Counted from the stretch's first letter, positions 17,640 through 42,898 are shown. The stretch is 64,000 nt of DNA from the human T2T-CHM13v2.0 reference genome, Homo sapiens (GCF_009914755.1 NC_060942.1), one strand, 5' to 3'. Notes: generated by a model not told the origin, from the letters alone. Numbers and translations are program-made.

Positions 17640-18800
17640 TGAGTTACATTTTTATGGATGTGTTGTTATACATATTCCAAAATTATTTTAGATTCCTAAA
17701 ATTCTGGTATGTCTTGGTATGTTATCATGTAATTATGGTAATTATATTAAATTATTATAGGCACGGAAATAACCAAATTTGTCAACTGTGTCTTTAACCA
17801 TGACCATCTCAAGTCATTTCCACAGTTAAGTGCTTAGATCCAACACATTTTCTAAAAGCTCTTTGCAAGCAAGCAAAATCCTGAAGTGTGTCTTCAAAGA
17901 GATTCATGAATGGGGGGAGGGGGGAGGGATAGCATTGGGAAATATACCTAATGCTAGATGATGAGTTAGTGGGTGCAGCGCACCAGCAGGGCACATGTAT
18001 ACATATGTAACTAACCTGCACATTGTGCACATGTACCCTAAAACTTAAAGCATAATAAAAAAAACAAAATAAACAACAAAAAAAAAAACAACAAGGAGAT
18101 TCATGAGAAGGATGGAATGGACCCTGACAAGCACTCTTGAATACAGGCTTCCAGTAACTTTAGGATCATATTATTTGGACTGGATAAGAAGTCTCAGAAC
18201 TCTAATGAAGAGACTGCCTGGTTTATGAAACTGGTAATATAAACAGGATAAAAACTAATTGAATATCAAGAAAATAATTTGCCATATTTTCATGCCGAAT
18301 TAGCCAGAACTGAAATTGTTTATATATGCAATTTGAATGAACACTTATGGTCCAAGTCATATTACCTGTGAAAGCCAATTTAATAAATAGTGCTATGCAC
18401 CTGAATTAGAGAAACAAAATTGGTAGTTAGGAGGATACAGGCCAGGTATGATGTCTCATGCCTGTAATTCTAGTGCTTTGGGAGGTCAAGGTGGGAGGAT
18501 CACTGAAGGCCAGGCAGGGCAACAGAGTGAGACCCTAGCTGTACAAAATATTTTTAAATTTTTAAAAAAAGAATATAAATCCAGTGTTAAGCAGGGACTC
18601 ATGGAGAGCCTAGATGGCCACCTGGTCTTCCCTGAGTCCTTAAAGCTTCCATTATTAAAAGCTCTGCAATCTATGGATCATCATGGAAGGGCTAAAATAA
18701 TCCAAATGATGAGTGAGTGTTTGGGTAGCAACTGTCCTAAATTGCTAAAATGGTTTATGACCAATATTTGGTTTGTCACATCCATCCCATGAAGTAAGTC
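17640..18800 (+). mobile_element. Probable ERV1 (MER4-group) internal-region fragment hosting L1 and Alu pieces
   Basis: Non-coding AT-rich sequence with motifs I associate with MER4-group internals; family uncertain. Confidence 0.4.
17911..18095 (+). mobile_element. 5'-truncated young L1 (L1PA2/L1PA3-like) 3' end with poly(A)
   Basis: GGGGGGAGGGGGGAGGGATAGCATTGGG...GTACCCTAAAACTTAAAG; GAG rather than ACA diagnostic; TSD GAGATTCATGA 17899-17909 / 18096-18106. Confidence 0.9.
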
Positions 18801-19809
18801 AAAAGTCCGGCAGCCTTATAACTCTTGCCAAAGGCCAACTCCCCCATAAATTCTTTCCTAGTTCTACCATTAAACATAGATCTTTTAATCCAAATGACAC
18901 TTTGTAGTGGTTAGTTACTCCATCTTATTTGTATTTCTATGTAGTAATTATACAGTATTTACAAGACATGATGAATTGGTCTTTTGTTCTCCCTCCTCCT
19001 CCTTACTCCTAGGTTAGGTAAGTTATTGATGGAGTCCTTTTGTGTCTTACTCATCTTTGAATCCTTTTTAGTGTTCATCTCATAGGTAATGCTCAATTAA
19101 TAGCTGAACTAAGTACTACTTCAGATATGCTTATCTTAATATTCTTGCAATCATAGATTATAGAGCTGAGACGCTAAGAACTTTCAGGAGAGCAAAAAAG
19201 ACAAGACCTTACAGTTAACAAATAGTTTTTAAAATACAAGTCTGAAATCCATAAAACTTCACATTTCAAAGGTCAAGTGCCTTCTCAAATGTTCACCACC
19301 CCCAGTGATAAGATAAATGCACACAGACACAATTTTATGACAGCCATTTTGTTGCCACACAGAAGGGCCACTTGGGCAGTGTATTTAGGCCTGCATGGTT
19401 AAAAACAGCCAGGTGCCTATGAGGTCTCCTATGTCATTAGTCTGTAAGTACTTAGTAAAAAGCAGTATTTGAATCTCATGGTTCATTGCTGTAACAGAAA
19501 GGGCTGGACTCTATAGCTCAGCAAAAACACCAGGGAAAGGACTATACAGTTTTAGGGGAGATCTTGAAGTCTTCTAGCACAACTTTTTTTAAGAGTCAGG
19601 GTCTCTGTCACCTAGGCTGGAGTGCAGTGGCGTGATCATAGCTGACTGCAGCCTGTTTCAAACTCCTGGGCTCAAGTGATCGTCCCAAAGTGCTGAGATT
19701 ACAGGCGTAAGCCACTGCGCCTGGGCTATCATATTCTTTAAAAATATCACATATTTTTAAATGTGATATTTAAAAATCACATTTTTAAATATCACTGTGC
19801 CTGGCGTGG

Positions 19810-22970
<3,161 letters not shown>

Positions 22971-23123
22971 ACAAAGAGCTCAGCCTTGAATTATCTAGCC
23001 CAGTTGACTGTACCAATATTCAAGTAAAATAGATCAAGAAGCATTTGCTTACCAATTTCTCAATTTGATCTTGGTTTTAAAGAATAACACAAATGACAGA
23101 AAACAACTATGCATTATGGAACC

Positions 23124-23129
23124 TTTATT
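23124..23129 (-). terminator. ATP5F1A: ATP5F1A polyadenylation signal AATAAA
   Basis: tttatt on + strand about 115 nt past the stop, followed on the minus strand by a GU/U-rich tract (~23080-23105). Confidence 0.85.
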
Positions 23130-23242
23130 TTTCATGTGATTTCTGTACATAAGGAGTATGAGAGTAACCCTTTTACAAATGGAACTAATTTACTAGAACA
23201 ATGACAAAACTGAACTGGTATTTGATGTGAATCCACAGGAGT

Positions 23243-23670
<428 letters not shown>

Positions 23671-24225
23671 TTACCAAGGTCAGGAAAACTTACTTTTTCT
23701 CCAATTCCTAACATGTCCCTGTAAATTATCTATTCTTCACAATATCAATGACCTAGAACTCCACTTAATAATCCTTCCTCCCACCCCTGACAGAAAACAG
23801 TTATTTCTTATATTTTCAAGGCTTGAGGCATAATCTTTCAGTATAGTCCATAAGCACTGTTTATAATCTGACAGTGTTAATACTGTTTTGAGTATAAATA
23901 TTTTGCTGAAATGACTTGACAAAATAAAAACGTATTAACTTTCTTTTAAATCTGCCAAATTACATATTCATATAGCCAAGTGGGGGAGGGGACTCTAACA
24001 GGCCTTAATTCCTGAAAGGAAGACATTAAATATACTTAAGTTTTCCTGGTTGTGAAGCCCCTATCATTTACACTCAAATGATAATAAGAAATGTAGTTTG
24101 GGCCGGGCATGGTAACTCACACCTGTAATCCCAGCACTTTAGGACTCTGAGGCGGGTGGACCACTTAAGGTCAGGGGTTCAAGATCAGCCTGGCCAAAAT
24201 GGTAGAGGTTTTACCATTTCTACTA

Positions 24226-24480
<255 letters not shown>

Positions 24481-25073
24481 TCAGGAAGCTAAGGCTGCAG
24501 GACTGCTTGAGCCCAGGAGTTCAAGCCTGCAGTGAGCTATGATGGCACCACTGCACTCCAGCCTGGGTGACACTGCAAGACACTGTCTCTCTTTAAAAAA
24601 CAGAATACAGGGCCGGGCATGGGGGCTCACACCTGTAATCCCAGCACTTTGGGAGGCTGAGGCAGGGTGGATTACCTGAGGTCAGGAGTTCGAGACCAGC
24701 CTGGCCAACATGGTGAAACCCTGTCTCTACTAAAAATACAAAAATTAGTCGGGCGTGGTGGCTCACACCTGTAATCCGAGCTACTAAGGAGGCTGAGGCA
24801 GGAGAATCGCGTGAATCCAGGAGGTGGAGGTTGCAATGAGCCAAGGTTGCGCCATTGCACTTCAGCCTAGGCCGTAAGAATGAAACTTCGTCTCAAAAAA
24901 AAAAAAAAATCAAAAATCAAAAAACAAATGTAGTTTAAGTAAAAGTGCCTTTGATGAAAGATAACAGATAACAACACGTAGTACAGGCCGTGATATGTGA
25001 TGCAGCTCTGTAGGCCTGGGAAGACCCTGATACACAATAGGAACCTGACCAAATGAAGAAAAGAACAACTTAC

Positions 25074-25218
25074 AATACTGTCCTTGCTTCAGCAACTCAG
25101 TTAGACGCACGCCACGACTCAAAAGTTGTTGAGTGGCAGCATCGAGGTCAGAACCGAACTGGGCAAAAGCAGCAACCTCACGATACTGAGCCAATTCCAG
25201 CTTCATGGTACCTGCTAC
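25074..25218 (-). CDS. ATP5F1A: ATP5F1A coding exon 10 ([14 protein letters not shown]...LKQGQY)
   Basis: 145 nt, CAG| acceptor, T|GTAAGT donor. Confidence 0.97.
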
Positions 25219-25296
25219 CTGCAATACAGAAATTACTGTACTGTAACTCAGTGACACAGAGCACTATACAAATATAGTTAATATATTAATACCTTA

Positions 25297-25455
<159 letters not shown>

Positions 25456-25959
25456 CTATAATGTAAGGAAATACGCACGCTAGCAAGCTTAAAGTAAGAA
25501 ATCAACTATCTTCAAATTTAAGTCATTATGCCAAAAAGCTGAAACTCAAAACCTAACAATGCAAAGCATCAGTACCCCAAATCTTTCACGACCTGACCTG
25601 TATATTTTATTGCTGCAATTAGGAGATGTGCATGAGATGAGAAAAAAACATAATAGGCAACATATTTATACTGAAATACATACAAATGAAGTGATATAAT
25701 TTCTATTTGATTCAAAATTATCTAGAAGGGAGAACAGTAGTGGTTAAAAATGAAACTAGAACGAAACATGCTACTCTATGCAATAACTGGGTGACAGATA
25801 CATGGGGTTTCACTATGCCATTCTCCTAACTTTTCTATGTATTTGAAATTTTCCATAATAAAAAGTAAAATGCATTTAGCAAATCAGTCAATATACCATT
25901 AGTCTCAACCAATGCCTTAGAATTATCCAAATCTTTTTTAACATTTCTTTTAATCATTA

Positions 25960-26193
<234 letters not shown>

Positions 26194-26262
26194 CTATGGT
26201 ACAGAATAGGTTTGTGAAGTTAACCTATTAAATAGAAGTTGCATATGTGAACTTTTACTTCA

Positions 26263-26493
<231 letters not shown>

Positions 26494-26554
26494 TTAAATT
26501 GGAGGCTACTATAAAAATTACCTAAGTGCTAAAAATATTTACCATTAAGAGTTA

Positions 26555-26862
<308 letters not shown>

Positions 26863-27034
26863 TCAGAATCAAACAGCTTCCACTTTAAAGAAACCAACAA
26901 AACCTTTAAATGTACTACTGTTTTACATTGTCTTACCTACTGATTTGTATTAAAAAGTTCAGCCCATTAGGAAGTAATTAAAATATGCCTTCATTAAGTA
27001 GAAGCTATTCTACAATCAGCAGCAATGGGACTTA

Positions 27035-27220
<186 letters not shown>

Positions 27221-27270
27221 TTAAAAAGAGAAAGTAAATATAAATCTTCCTAAACTTAAAAGGACTTCCC

Positions 27271-28260
27271 TGTGGGGGAAAGAAAGAGAGATCAGACTGT
27301 TACTGTGTCTATGCAGAAAGAAGAAGACATAAGAAACTCCATTTTGTTCTGTACTAAGAAAAATTCTTCTGCCTTGAGATGCTGTTAGTCTGTAACCATA
27401 GCCCCAACCCTGTGCTCGCAGAAACATGTGCTGTGTTGACTTAAGGTTTAACGGATTTAGGGCTGTGCAGGATGTGCTTTGGTAAAAATGTGTTTGCAGG
27501 CAGTATACTTCGTAAAAGTCATCGCCATTCTCCAGTCTCGAGTACCCAGGGACACAATGCACTGTGGAAGGCTGCAGGGCCCTCTGCCCAATAAAGCCTG
27601 GGTATTGTGCAAGGTTTCTCCCCACTGAGACAGCCTGAGATATGGCCTCGTGGGAAGGGAAAGACCTGACCATCCCCCAGCCCGATACTCGTAAAGGGTC
27701 TGTGCTGAGGAGGATTAGTGAAAGAGGAAAGCCTCTTTGCAGTTGAGATAAGATGAAGGCATCTGTCTCCTGCTTGTCCCGGGGAATGGAATGTCTTGGT
27801 GTAAAACCCAATCGTACATTCTATTTACTGAGATAGGAGAAAACCACCCTATGGCTGGAGGTGAGATATGCTGGCAGCAATACTGCTCTTTACTGCACTG
27901 AGATGTTTGTGTAAAGTCAAACATAAATCTGGCCTACATGCACATCAAGGCACAGCACCTTTCCTTAAACTTATTTATGACACAGAGACCTTTGCTCACG
28001 TTTTCCTGCTGACCCTCTCCCCACCATTAACCCTACAGTCCTGCCACATCCCCCACACCGAGATAGTAGAGATAGTGATCAATAAATACTGAGGGAACTC
28101 AGAGACCAGTGGCGGCATGGGTCCTCCATATGCTGAGCGCCGTTCCCCTGGGCCCACTGTTCTTTCTCTATACTTTGTATCTGTGTCTTATTTATTTTCT
28201 CAGTCTCTCAACCCACCTGACGAGAAATACTCACAGGTGTGGAGGGGCTGGCCCCCTTCA
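27271..28260 (+). mobile_element. HERV-K(HML-2) LTR5 (older LTR5A/B-like), 990 bp, antisense in ATP5F1A intron 5
   Basis: Starts TGTGGGGGAAAGAAAGAGAGATCAGACTGTTACTGTG, AATAAA at 28081, ends CCCCTTCA followed by TC + PBS; left TSD CTTCCC 27265-27270. Confidence 0.93.
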
Positions 28261-28262
28261 TC

Positions 28263-28338
28263 TGGTGCCCAACATGGGGCTCAAACCCACGACCCTGGGA
28301 TTAAGAGTCCCATGCTCTACCGACTGAGCTAGCTCGTC
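28263..28338 (-). tRNA. tRNA-Lys(CTT)-like copy with genomic CCA, probably a non-functional retro-derived primer copy
   Basis: Minus strand GACGAGCTAGCTCAGTCGGTAGAGCATGGGACTCTTAATCCCAGGGTCGTGGGTTTGAGCCCCATGTTGGGCACCA; anticodon CTT at 28305-28303; acceptor-stem mismatches and B-box C>T. Confidence 0.9.
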
Positions 28339-28386
28339 CCACCTGATGAGAAATACCCACAGGTGTGGAGGGGCTGGCCCCCTTCA
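28333..28386 (+). mobile_element. Second copy of the terminal 54 nt of LTR5 U5
   Basis: Aligns to 28207-28260 with 4 mismatches; followed by right TSD CTTCCC 28387-28392. Confidence 0.92.
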
Positions 28387-28525
28387 CTTCCCAGCTGAAA
28401 TTTTACTATTAATCCTCGTATTAGATTCTAATGTCCCCATTACCATTTACCATTCCAAGACTAAAATATAATCCTTCCATTGAGCAAATTTTAGTTAGAA
28501 CTTTTAATATGCTTTTGAGTCTTTA

Positions 28526-28696
<171 letters not shown>

Positions 28697-28747
28697 TTAA
28701 AAAATAAAAAGAAAAACCCTAAGCATAATCAGTTTTGATGTTTGTTA

Positions 28748-28981
<234 letters not shown>

Positions 28982-29649
28982 TCAATGAAGCTGAATGGGC
29001 ACTCCTCCCCATACACCAATACTACATAAGAAAATAGTCGGGGGGTGGGGGGGGAAGCAGTATTGTCCTTTTCACCTGGTTTATTCTTGAGTACTTTTCC
29101 AACTAACAAACAACCCTCTCTGATTAAGACTTTTAAAATTGCTATTTTGAATAATCTTAGGACAGCACATTGATAAGCCTAATATGCTCACTATCATATC
29201 CTCAAATAACTATTACAGAAGCAAAGAAATTGGACAGGTTAATAAGCTTTTTTCCACTGTATTTTCTTTGGCAATGATTCTTGGGCTGGGTGATCAGTAT
29301 GAAATAAAGTGATGAAGGCCAAATGGAAATCTTAAGACAAATTTGATTATCATCTTATTTATGTGTGAGAAGCTCCATAAACAGTTTCAAAAATTAATCA
29401 AAACCTGTACTCTTCGAGTTAGTAGAAAGTGAAATTAAAAGCTACCTAACTGTAACCAATCAAATACAAATTTTCATAACATAACAGCACCAAATCATCT
29501 CTCATCATTAAAACTATATTTTAGATCTTTAAATCATGTCTGAAGCAAAAAGGCTATTCCAGGAATAGTCTGGTCAATAATGAAAACTCTGGAGAAGTAC
29601 TTGGAGTATCATGGAATATCATTACACATCCAAAAACTTTAACCTACAT

Positions 29650-29860
29650 CTCTGATGTTCAATACAGCATCCACTAACCACATGTGGCTATTTAAATTTG
29701 TCAAATTTAAAAGATTAAAAATTCAGTTCCTGTCACACTAGCCACATTTTACATGATTAATAGTGATAGTATAGTAGGTACCATATTAAACAGCACAGAT
29801 GTATTCTCATCACTGCAGAATACTACATATTTCCAATACTACTGGACAGTACTGTTCTAG
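29650..29860. mobile_element. hAT-Charlie MER3/MER33-like fragment
   Basis: CACTAACCACATGTGGCTATTTAAATT...AAAATTCAGTTCC..TCACACTAGCCACATTT...ACTGGACAGTACTG. Confidence 0.6.
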
Positions 29861-30606
29861 ACACTTGGATTTCAAAAGCTAAAAGGGGAACTCAGAATTA
29901 ATCTGTTTCGACCTCACCTTTCAAAGATAAATACTGTACACTGAAGATGCTAAATTGGCCAATGTCTTACAGCTAATGATAACTTTGGGCTCTGTAATTA
30001 TTCTTCCACATCAAGTGGCTCTTTTTCCGTAGTAGACATTACCAAGAGTATCAAGACTATCTTTTCCCATATCTGCATGCCTACTAGACAGTTCCACTCT
30101 CTCTAGTTTATCCAGATGTCATCCTCTGCTTTCCCTAACTCCTACAACTTATTTCTCATACCCTGACAGATGAGGCTCAACCCAATACAAAGTAGACTTA
30201 CATTAGAGAGCTTCTGATAGCTACACCAAAACTCGCCTTTGAACAATATGTCTACTCACTAGAAATACAAAGTCACGGACTTCCAATTTCCACCAGAAAA
30301 ATTTTGTTGAAGTTATCAAATGCTTTGCTTTTGTATAAAATAATCTTAACAGCAAGACAGAACAGACTTAAACTTCTTGGATTTGGGGTGAAAGTTTATT
30401 CAATTTTATATTTTGGAGCCAGTGGCTACAAGTTATGTATAAATCAGTCCCTAGAGTAAAAAAACTTGGCTAATTCAAACCCTTAAGTTTATTCTCTTTA
30501 CAATCTATGATAATAACAAGAAAAAAATCTGAGGCAAATTAAGACAAAGTTTTTTAAAAATCTGATACAATCTTTGAATCGCTAAATGAATAACTGAGAA
30601 GACTTA

Positions 30607-30831
<225 letters not shown>

Positions 30832-30851
30832 TCAATTAAAAAAATAATCTG

Positions 30852-33653
<2,802 letters not shown>

Positions 33654-33978
33654 CTATCAATAAGAACTTACATTTTTTCTAATGCCTTTTAGAAAAGGAA
33701 AAAGGAAGTCTTCCAGAGGTCACAAAGATTCCATTACCTAGTGTATGTTCTTTCTGTTTCTACCCAAGGGCCATTACCAGAACAAAGAAGCCATACTAAT
33801 ATCAAAAGAAAAATATGTAACAGTAGTTCATTTGACTATAACAAGAGAACCATGACAGGGCTAAATGGTAACAATATGGTTTAAGAACCTGAGAGTCTAT
33901 ACAAACTAGAGAAAAAACTAACAAATGAAAAACAACTCACCACAGTTATACGATGTATGTAATTTATATCTTCATCTA

Positions 33979-34092
<114 letters not shown>

Positions 34093-34810
34093 CTAGTGCA
34101 AAAGTATTCTTAAAAATTTGATTTTTAACAAAGCCTTTATAAAACTTACAAGCTTAAACAAATGCCAGCTTAGTGTGATCAAAGTACTGGTGAAAATGCT
34201 AATTACATATAAAGCATTTTGTTTAAAATGTCAAATGGGAAAGTAGCTTTTGATATATGTGAAAACCTTTTATACAGCTCCTAGTACACAGTAAACACTC
34301 GCATATTTTTAAAATGCAGTCTGTACTTTATTATTATTGTTTTTTTGAGACGGCTCACTGCATCCTCCACCTCCTAGTCTCAAGCGATTCTCAGCCTCCC
34401 GAGTAGCTGGGACTACAGGGGTGCGCCACCTCCACCAGGTTAATTTTTTATATTTTTAGTAGAGACGGGGTTTCACCATGCTGGCCAGGCTGGTCTCGAA
34501 CTCCTGACCTCAAGTGATCCACCCGCCTTGGCCTCCCAAAGTGCTAGAACTATAGGCGTGAGCACCGCACCCGGCTTATTTTTTTTTCTTTTTTGGGACA
34601 GGGTCTCACTCTTGTCACCCAGGTCGGAGTGCAGTGGCTCAATCACGGCTCACTACAGCCTCGACTTCCTGGGCTCAGGTGATCCTCCCACCTCAGCCTC
34701 CCCAGTAGGTGGGATCACAGGAGTGCGCCACCTGGCCAGGCTAATTTTTGTACTTATTTTTTTTATAGAGACAGGATTTCATCATATTGCCCAGACTGGG
34801 CAGTAAATAA

Positions 34811-35062
<252 letters not shown>

Positions 35063-35300
35063 TGATCTCGAACTCCTGACTTCAGGTGATGCACCCACCT
35101 TGGCCTCCCAAAGTGCTGGAATTACAGACGTCAGCCACTGCACCCGGCCTGGCAGTCAGTATTTTAAAAAGCAACTATTGGCAGGGCACGGTGGCTCATG
35201 CCTGTAATCCCAGCACTTTGGGAGGCCAAGGCGGGCGGATTACCTAAGGTCGGGAGTTGGAGACCAGCCTGACCAACATGGAGAAACCCCGTCTCTACTA

Positions 35301-35459
<159 letters not shown>

Positions 35460-35741
35460 TCAAAAAAAAAAAAAAAAAGCAACTGTTAACAAAATGTAAG
35501 TGTCTTTCCCTTTAAAGGTACCCAATTTTTATTATTTTGACTTTAGATGTATTTTAATGGAGTTGCAGGAATTCTAAGATAAACAGCTTCCTACAAGGGG
35601 CAAAACTCAAAGTAGTTCCAATTTTACTTAAAAACAACAACAACAACAACGACAACAAGCGGCCGGGCACGACGGCTCATGCTTGTAATCCCAGCACTTC
35701 AGAAGGCCGAGGCGAGCGGATCACCTGACGTCAGGAGTTCA

Positions 35742-36032
<291 letters not shown>

Positions 36033-36889
36033 TTATTTTACTCTCTCAACAAATCCTGCAGCCACCTGGAACTTCCTTCAGTTTCTCCTTCAAGTTGTAA
36101 TACTGCGACTGGTCACTGTCAATTCTGAAGCCTCTACCTTCCATAGGAGCTAGATGAAAACCGTTAAAAATGCTTTTTTGTTAACAGAAACCCAAGATGC
36201 TACCAGCGGTTGTTAAGGCAGCAAAACAGCCAACATGTTTATTTCACCTTTCAAATTGAGATTACTTTTAGAACAAAAAAAAAGTGTCAGTGTCAATGCG
36301 TTTACACTGAAATCATGTTAATTTCAAGGGAAACAAATAACGAAGGGTATTAATCCTTACAGCCATTTTCCAACCTTGTTCTCTTTTACTTGAATTCTCC
36401 ATCACTAAAAATTACTCAAAACCAGGTGGAAAACTCAAGGACAAATTCTTTAAACACGTCCAAGTGCCACAAAGCACACACTCTGCCGGAGAGACAATTT
36501 AGAAACCAGCTTCACTGTTGTCACAGTGCTGGCCACATGAAATGGTTCTTTGCACCTGCAGGACGTTTTCACGGTCGTTTCGTATTCAGCACTAAGAGAA
36601 AGCCTACGTAAGTATTCCAAAAACCACCTTCATTTATTCCTTTCCTCTAAACTGAGCTCCAGGCAGAGGTGAAATGCTGGGCCTGCTGACCTTCACACAA
36701 TGTCAGACTCCACTGACTAGCTTCAACAAGAGCTGACAGCAGTTTTCTGACCTTCAGCGGGACGCGACCCTAAGAATCGAAAGAGAGGAACCTCACCGAT
36801 TCAGAACAGGCCTCGGAGAGCTAGCGCCCAAGCCCTGACCTTCACCCAAGATCCCCCTTCTAGGGCCGCTGTCAGCCGAAGACAGGAAT

Positions 36890-37520
36890 CTTGAGGCCCT
36901 GTCTCTGGACACCATCGAGTTAACTGTCTGCCCTGTACCATTCTGCCTCTGCGCAGGTGACGAGCAAAAGGGCACCTGTGTCGCCTGCTCTGTCCAGCCG
37001 GAGAAGCCACGGGTGCAAGATGGCGGCATTCGCCACAGCCCCTCGCCCTCCTGCAGAGAGCGCCCGAGCCGGCGCACCACCACCCTGCAGCCCCACCCGG
37101 CCGCCTGCATCATGCCGGCCTTCGGTGCTCACCAGTCCGGCCCGCCGAGGAAGGGCGCGGACCACGGCCGCAGCAACGCGCACGGACAGCATCTTTGCAG
37201 TTACTCCGCAGGCGGTACTTCTGCAGCCGCAGCCTCCGGACTGACTGGGACAAAATGGCCGAGCCGCAAAGAAGGTCAAGACAGCCGGCCCACCTGACCC
37301 GGAAGTACTGCCCCTCGCGTTCACCACCTCTCCCCCCGCCCCCGCCGCCACTCTGCATTTTTTGGCAGGTTACTTATTTTTTTATGTAACATTTTTAAGT
37401 TTAAACCTCAAAATGAATGATTAGATATATTCCGGCTTTGGTCCTGGCATTCGTTATACATTTATTTTGGTCTTTTGAGTCGACCTTGTGGTTGCCCCGG
37501 GTGACCACGTGGGTAGCTGA
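36890..37520 (-). promoter_or_regulatory. ATP5F1A CpG-island promoter with YY1, ETS/GABP, ERR-like and E-box motifs
   Basis: CAAGATGGCGGC 37016-37027 and CAAAATGGCC 37251-37260 (YY1); CCGGAAGT 37299-37306 (GABP); GAAGGTCA 37271-37278; CACGTG 37506-37511. Typical of nuclear OXPHOS genes; binding itself is inferred. Confidence 0.75.
37133..37192 (-). CDS. ATP5F1A: ATP synthase F1 subunit alpha, coding exon 1 (MLSVRVAAAVVRALPRRAGL; mitochondrial presequence)
   Basis: ATG 37192-37190, 60 nt, donor CTG|GTGAGC. Confidence 0.97.
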
Positions 37521-37910
37521 ATCTGCTAAGCAGCAGTTCCCAGGCCCCATCTGGTGCTAGAGGATGAGGGCCTCACCCGTCTGGGGTCGCGGCTGTCTTG
37601 AGGACCAGGGCGATTAATAGTGTCGGTAGTGTTAGACCGTGGTTTAGCACGAGTAGCAACAGTGAACAGCTAAACCCCGGGACTGGCCACCAGCAGGGAG
37701 CCTCCCACGGAGCCCGTTAATCTGCAGATCTTAGCCCCACTTCAGACCCTCTGAGTCGAAAATTCGGGGCAATCTGAATTTTTAACAAACACCAGCACCG
37801 TTCCACGTGATCCGATCTGCGCTCAGGTTAAAGATTCCCAGCTTTTTTAGATTCATTCTAAAAGAATCCTGTCAGTGAATTAGAGCAAACTGTTTAAAAA
37901 TCCTGATAAC

Positions 37911-38070
37911 CGGGGGAGGGGAGCATCAAGATAAATAGCTAATACATGCGGAGCTTAATACCTAGGTGATGGGATGATAGTTACAGCAAACCACCATGGC
38001 ACACATTTACCTGTGTAACAAACCTGCACGTCCTGGACATGTATTCCGGAACTTTAAATTAAAAAAAATA
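37911..38070 (+). mobile_element. Older L1PA 3' end fragment
   Basis: GGAGCATCAAGATAAATAGCTAAT...CCTAGGTGATGGG...GCAAACCACCATGGCACAC.TTTACCT.TGTAACAAACCTGCAC + A tail. Confidence 0.8.
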
Positions 38071-38409
38071 TATCAACAATCACAAGGAGGCCTAGAAGAG
38101 TCATTGCCAATCCTACTGAGAATTGTCCAGAATCAGAAGTTTACACCAGGATAGGACGAGGACTCGCTTTTTCCTCTGCCAACATCTAGTTCATGCTATT
38201 GGGAACTCTGCTTCTTCATTTGGAGTCAAAGGGAGATGATGAAAAAACACTTTCTATGCTTACCTGGATGGGCTTTTTTTTTTTCTCCACAGAATTACCA
38301 TACTGAGATTTTTGTGATATATGCAAGATTTGTGTGTGTGTGTGATGCTGGTTATTATTATGTCATAGTGGACACTTATTAACGTTGCCTTCACTTTTCT
38401 TTTTTTTTT

Positions 38410-42898
<4,489 letters not shown>

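Noticed and set aside
27221-27811. 196-aa ORF
   Set aside because: Antisense reading of the LTR5 U3 region; no retroviral protein motifs
28266-28338. Functional tRNA-Lys gene
   Set aside because: Genomic CCA, LTR-derived first 5 nt giving acceptor mismatches (A2:G71, G4:G69), T-loop C56>T and no adjacent oligo-T terminator
27271-28386. SVA element or full provirus
   Set aside because: No hexamer, VNTR or poly(A) tail; LTR is complete with TG...CA; no internal genes after the PBS
36920-37351. N-terminally extended ATP5F1A from the upstream in-frame ORF
   Set aside because: Non-ATG start in promoter sequence upstream of the likely TSS; the downstream part simply reads into intron 1
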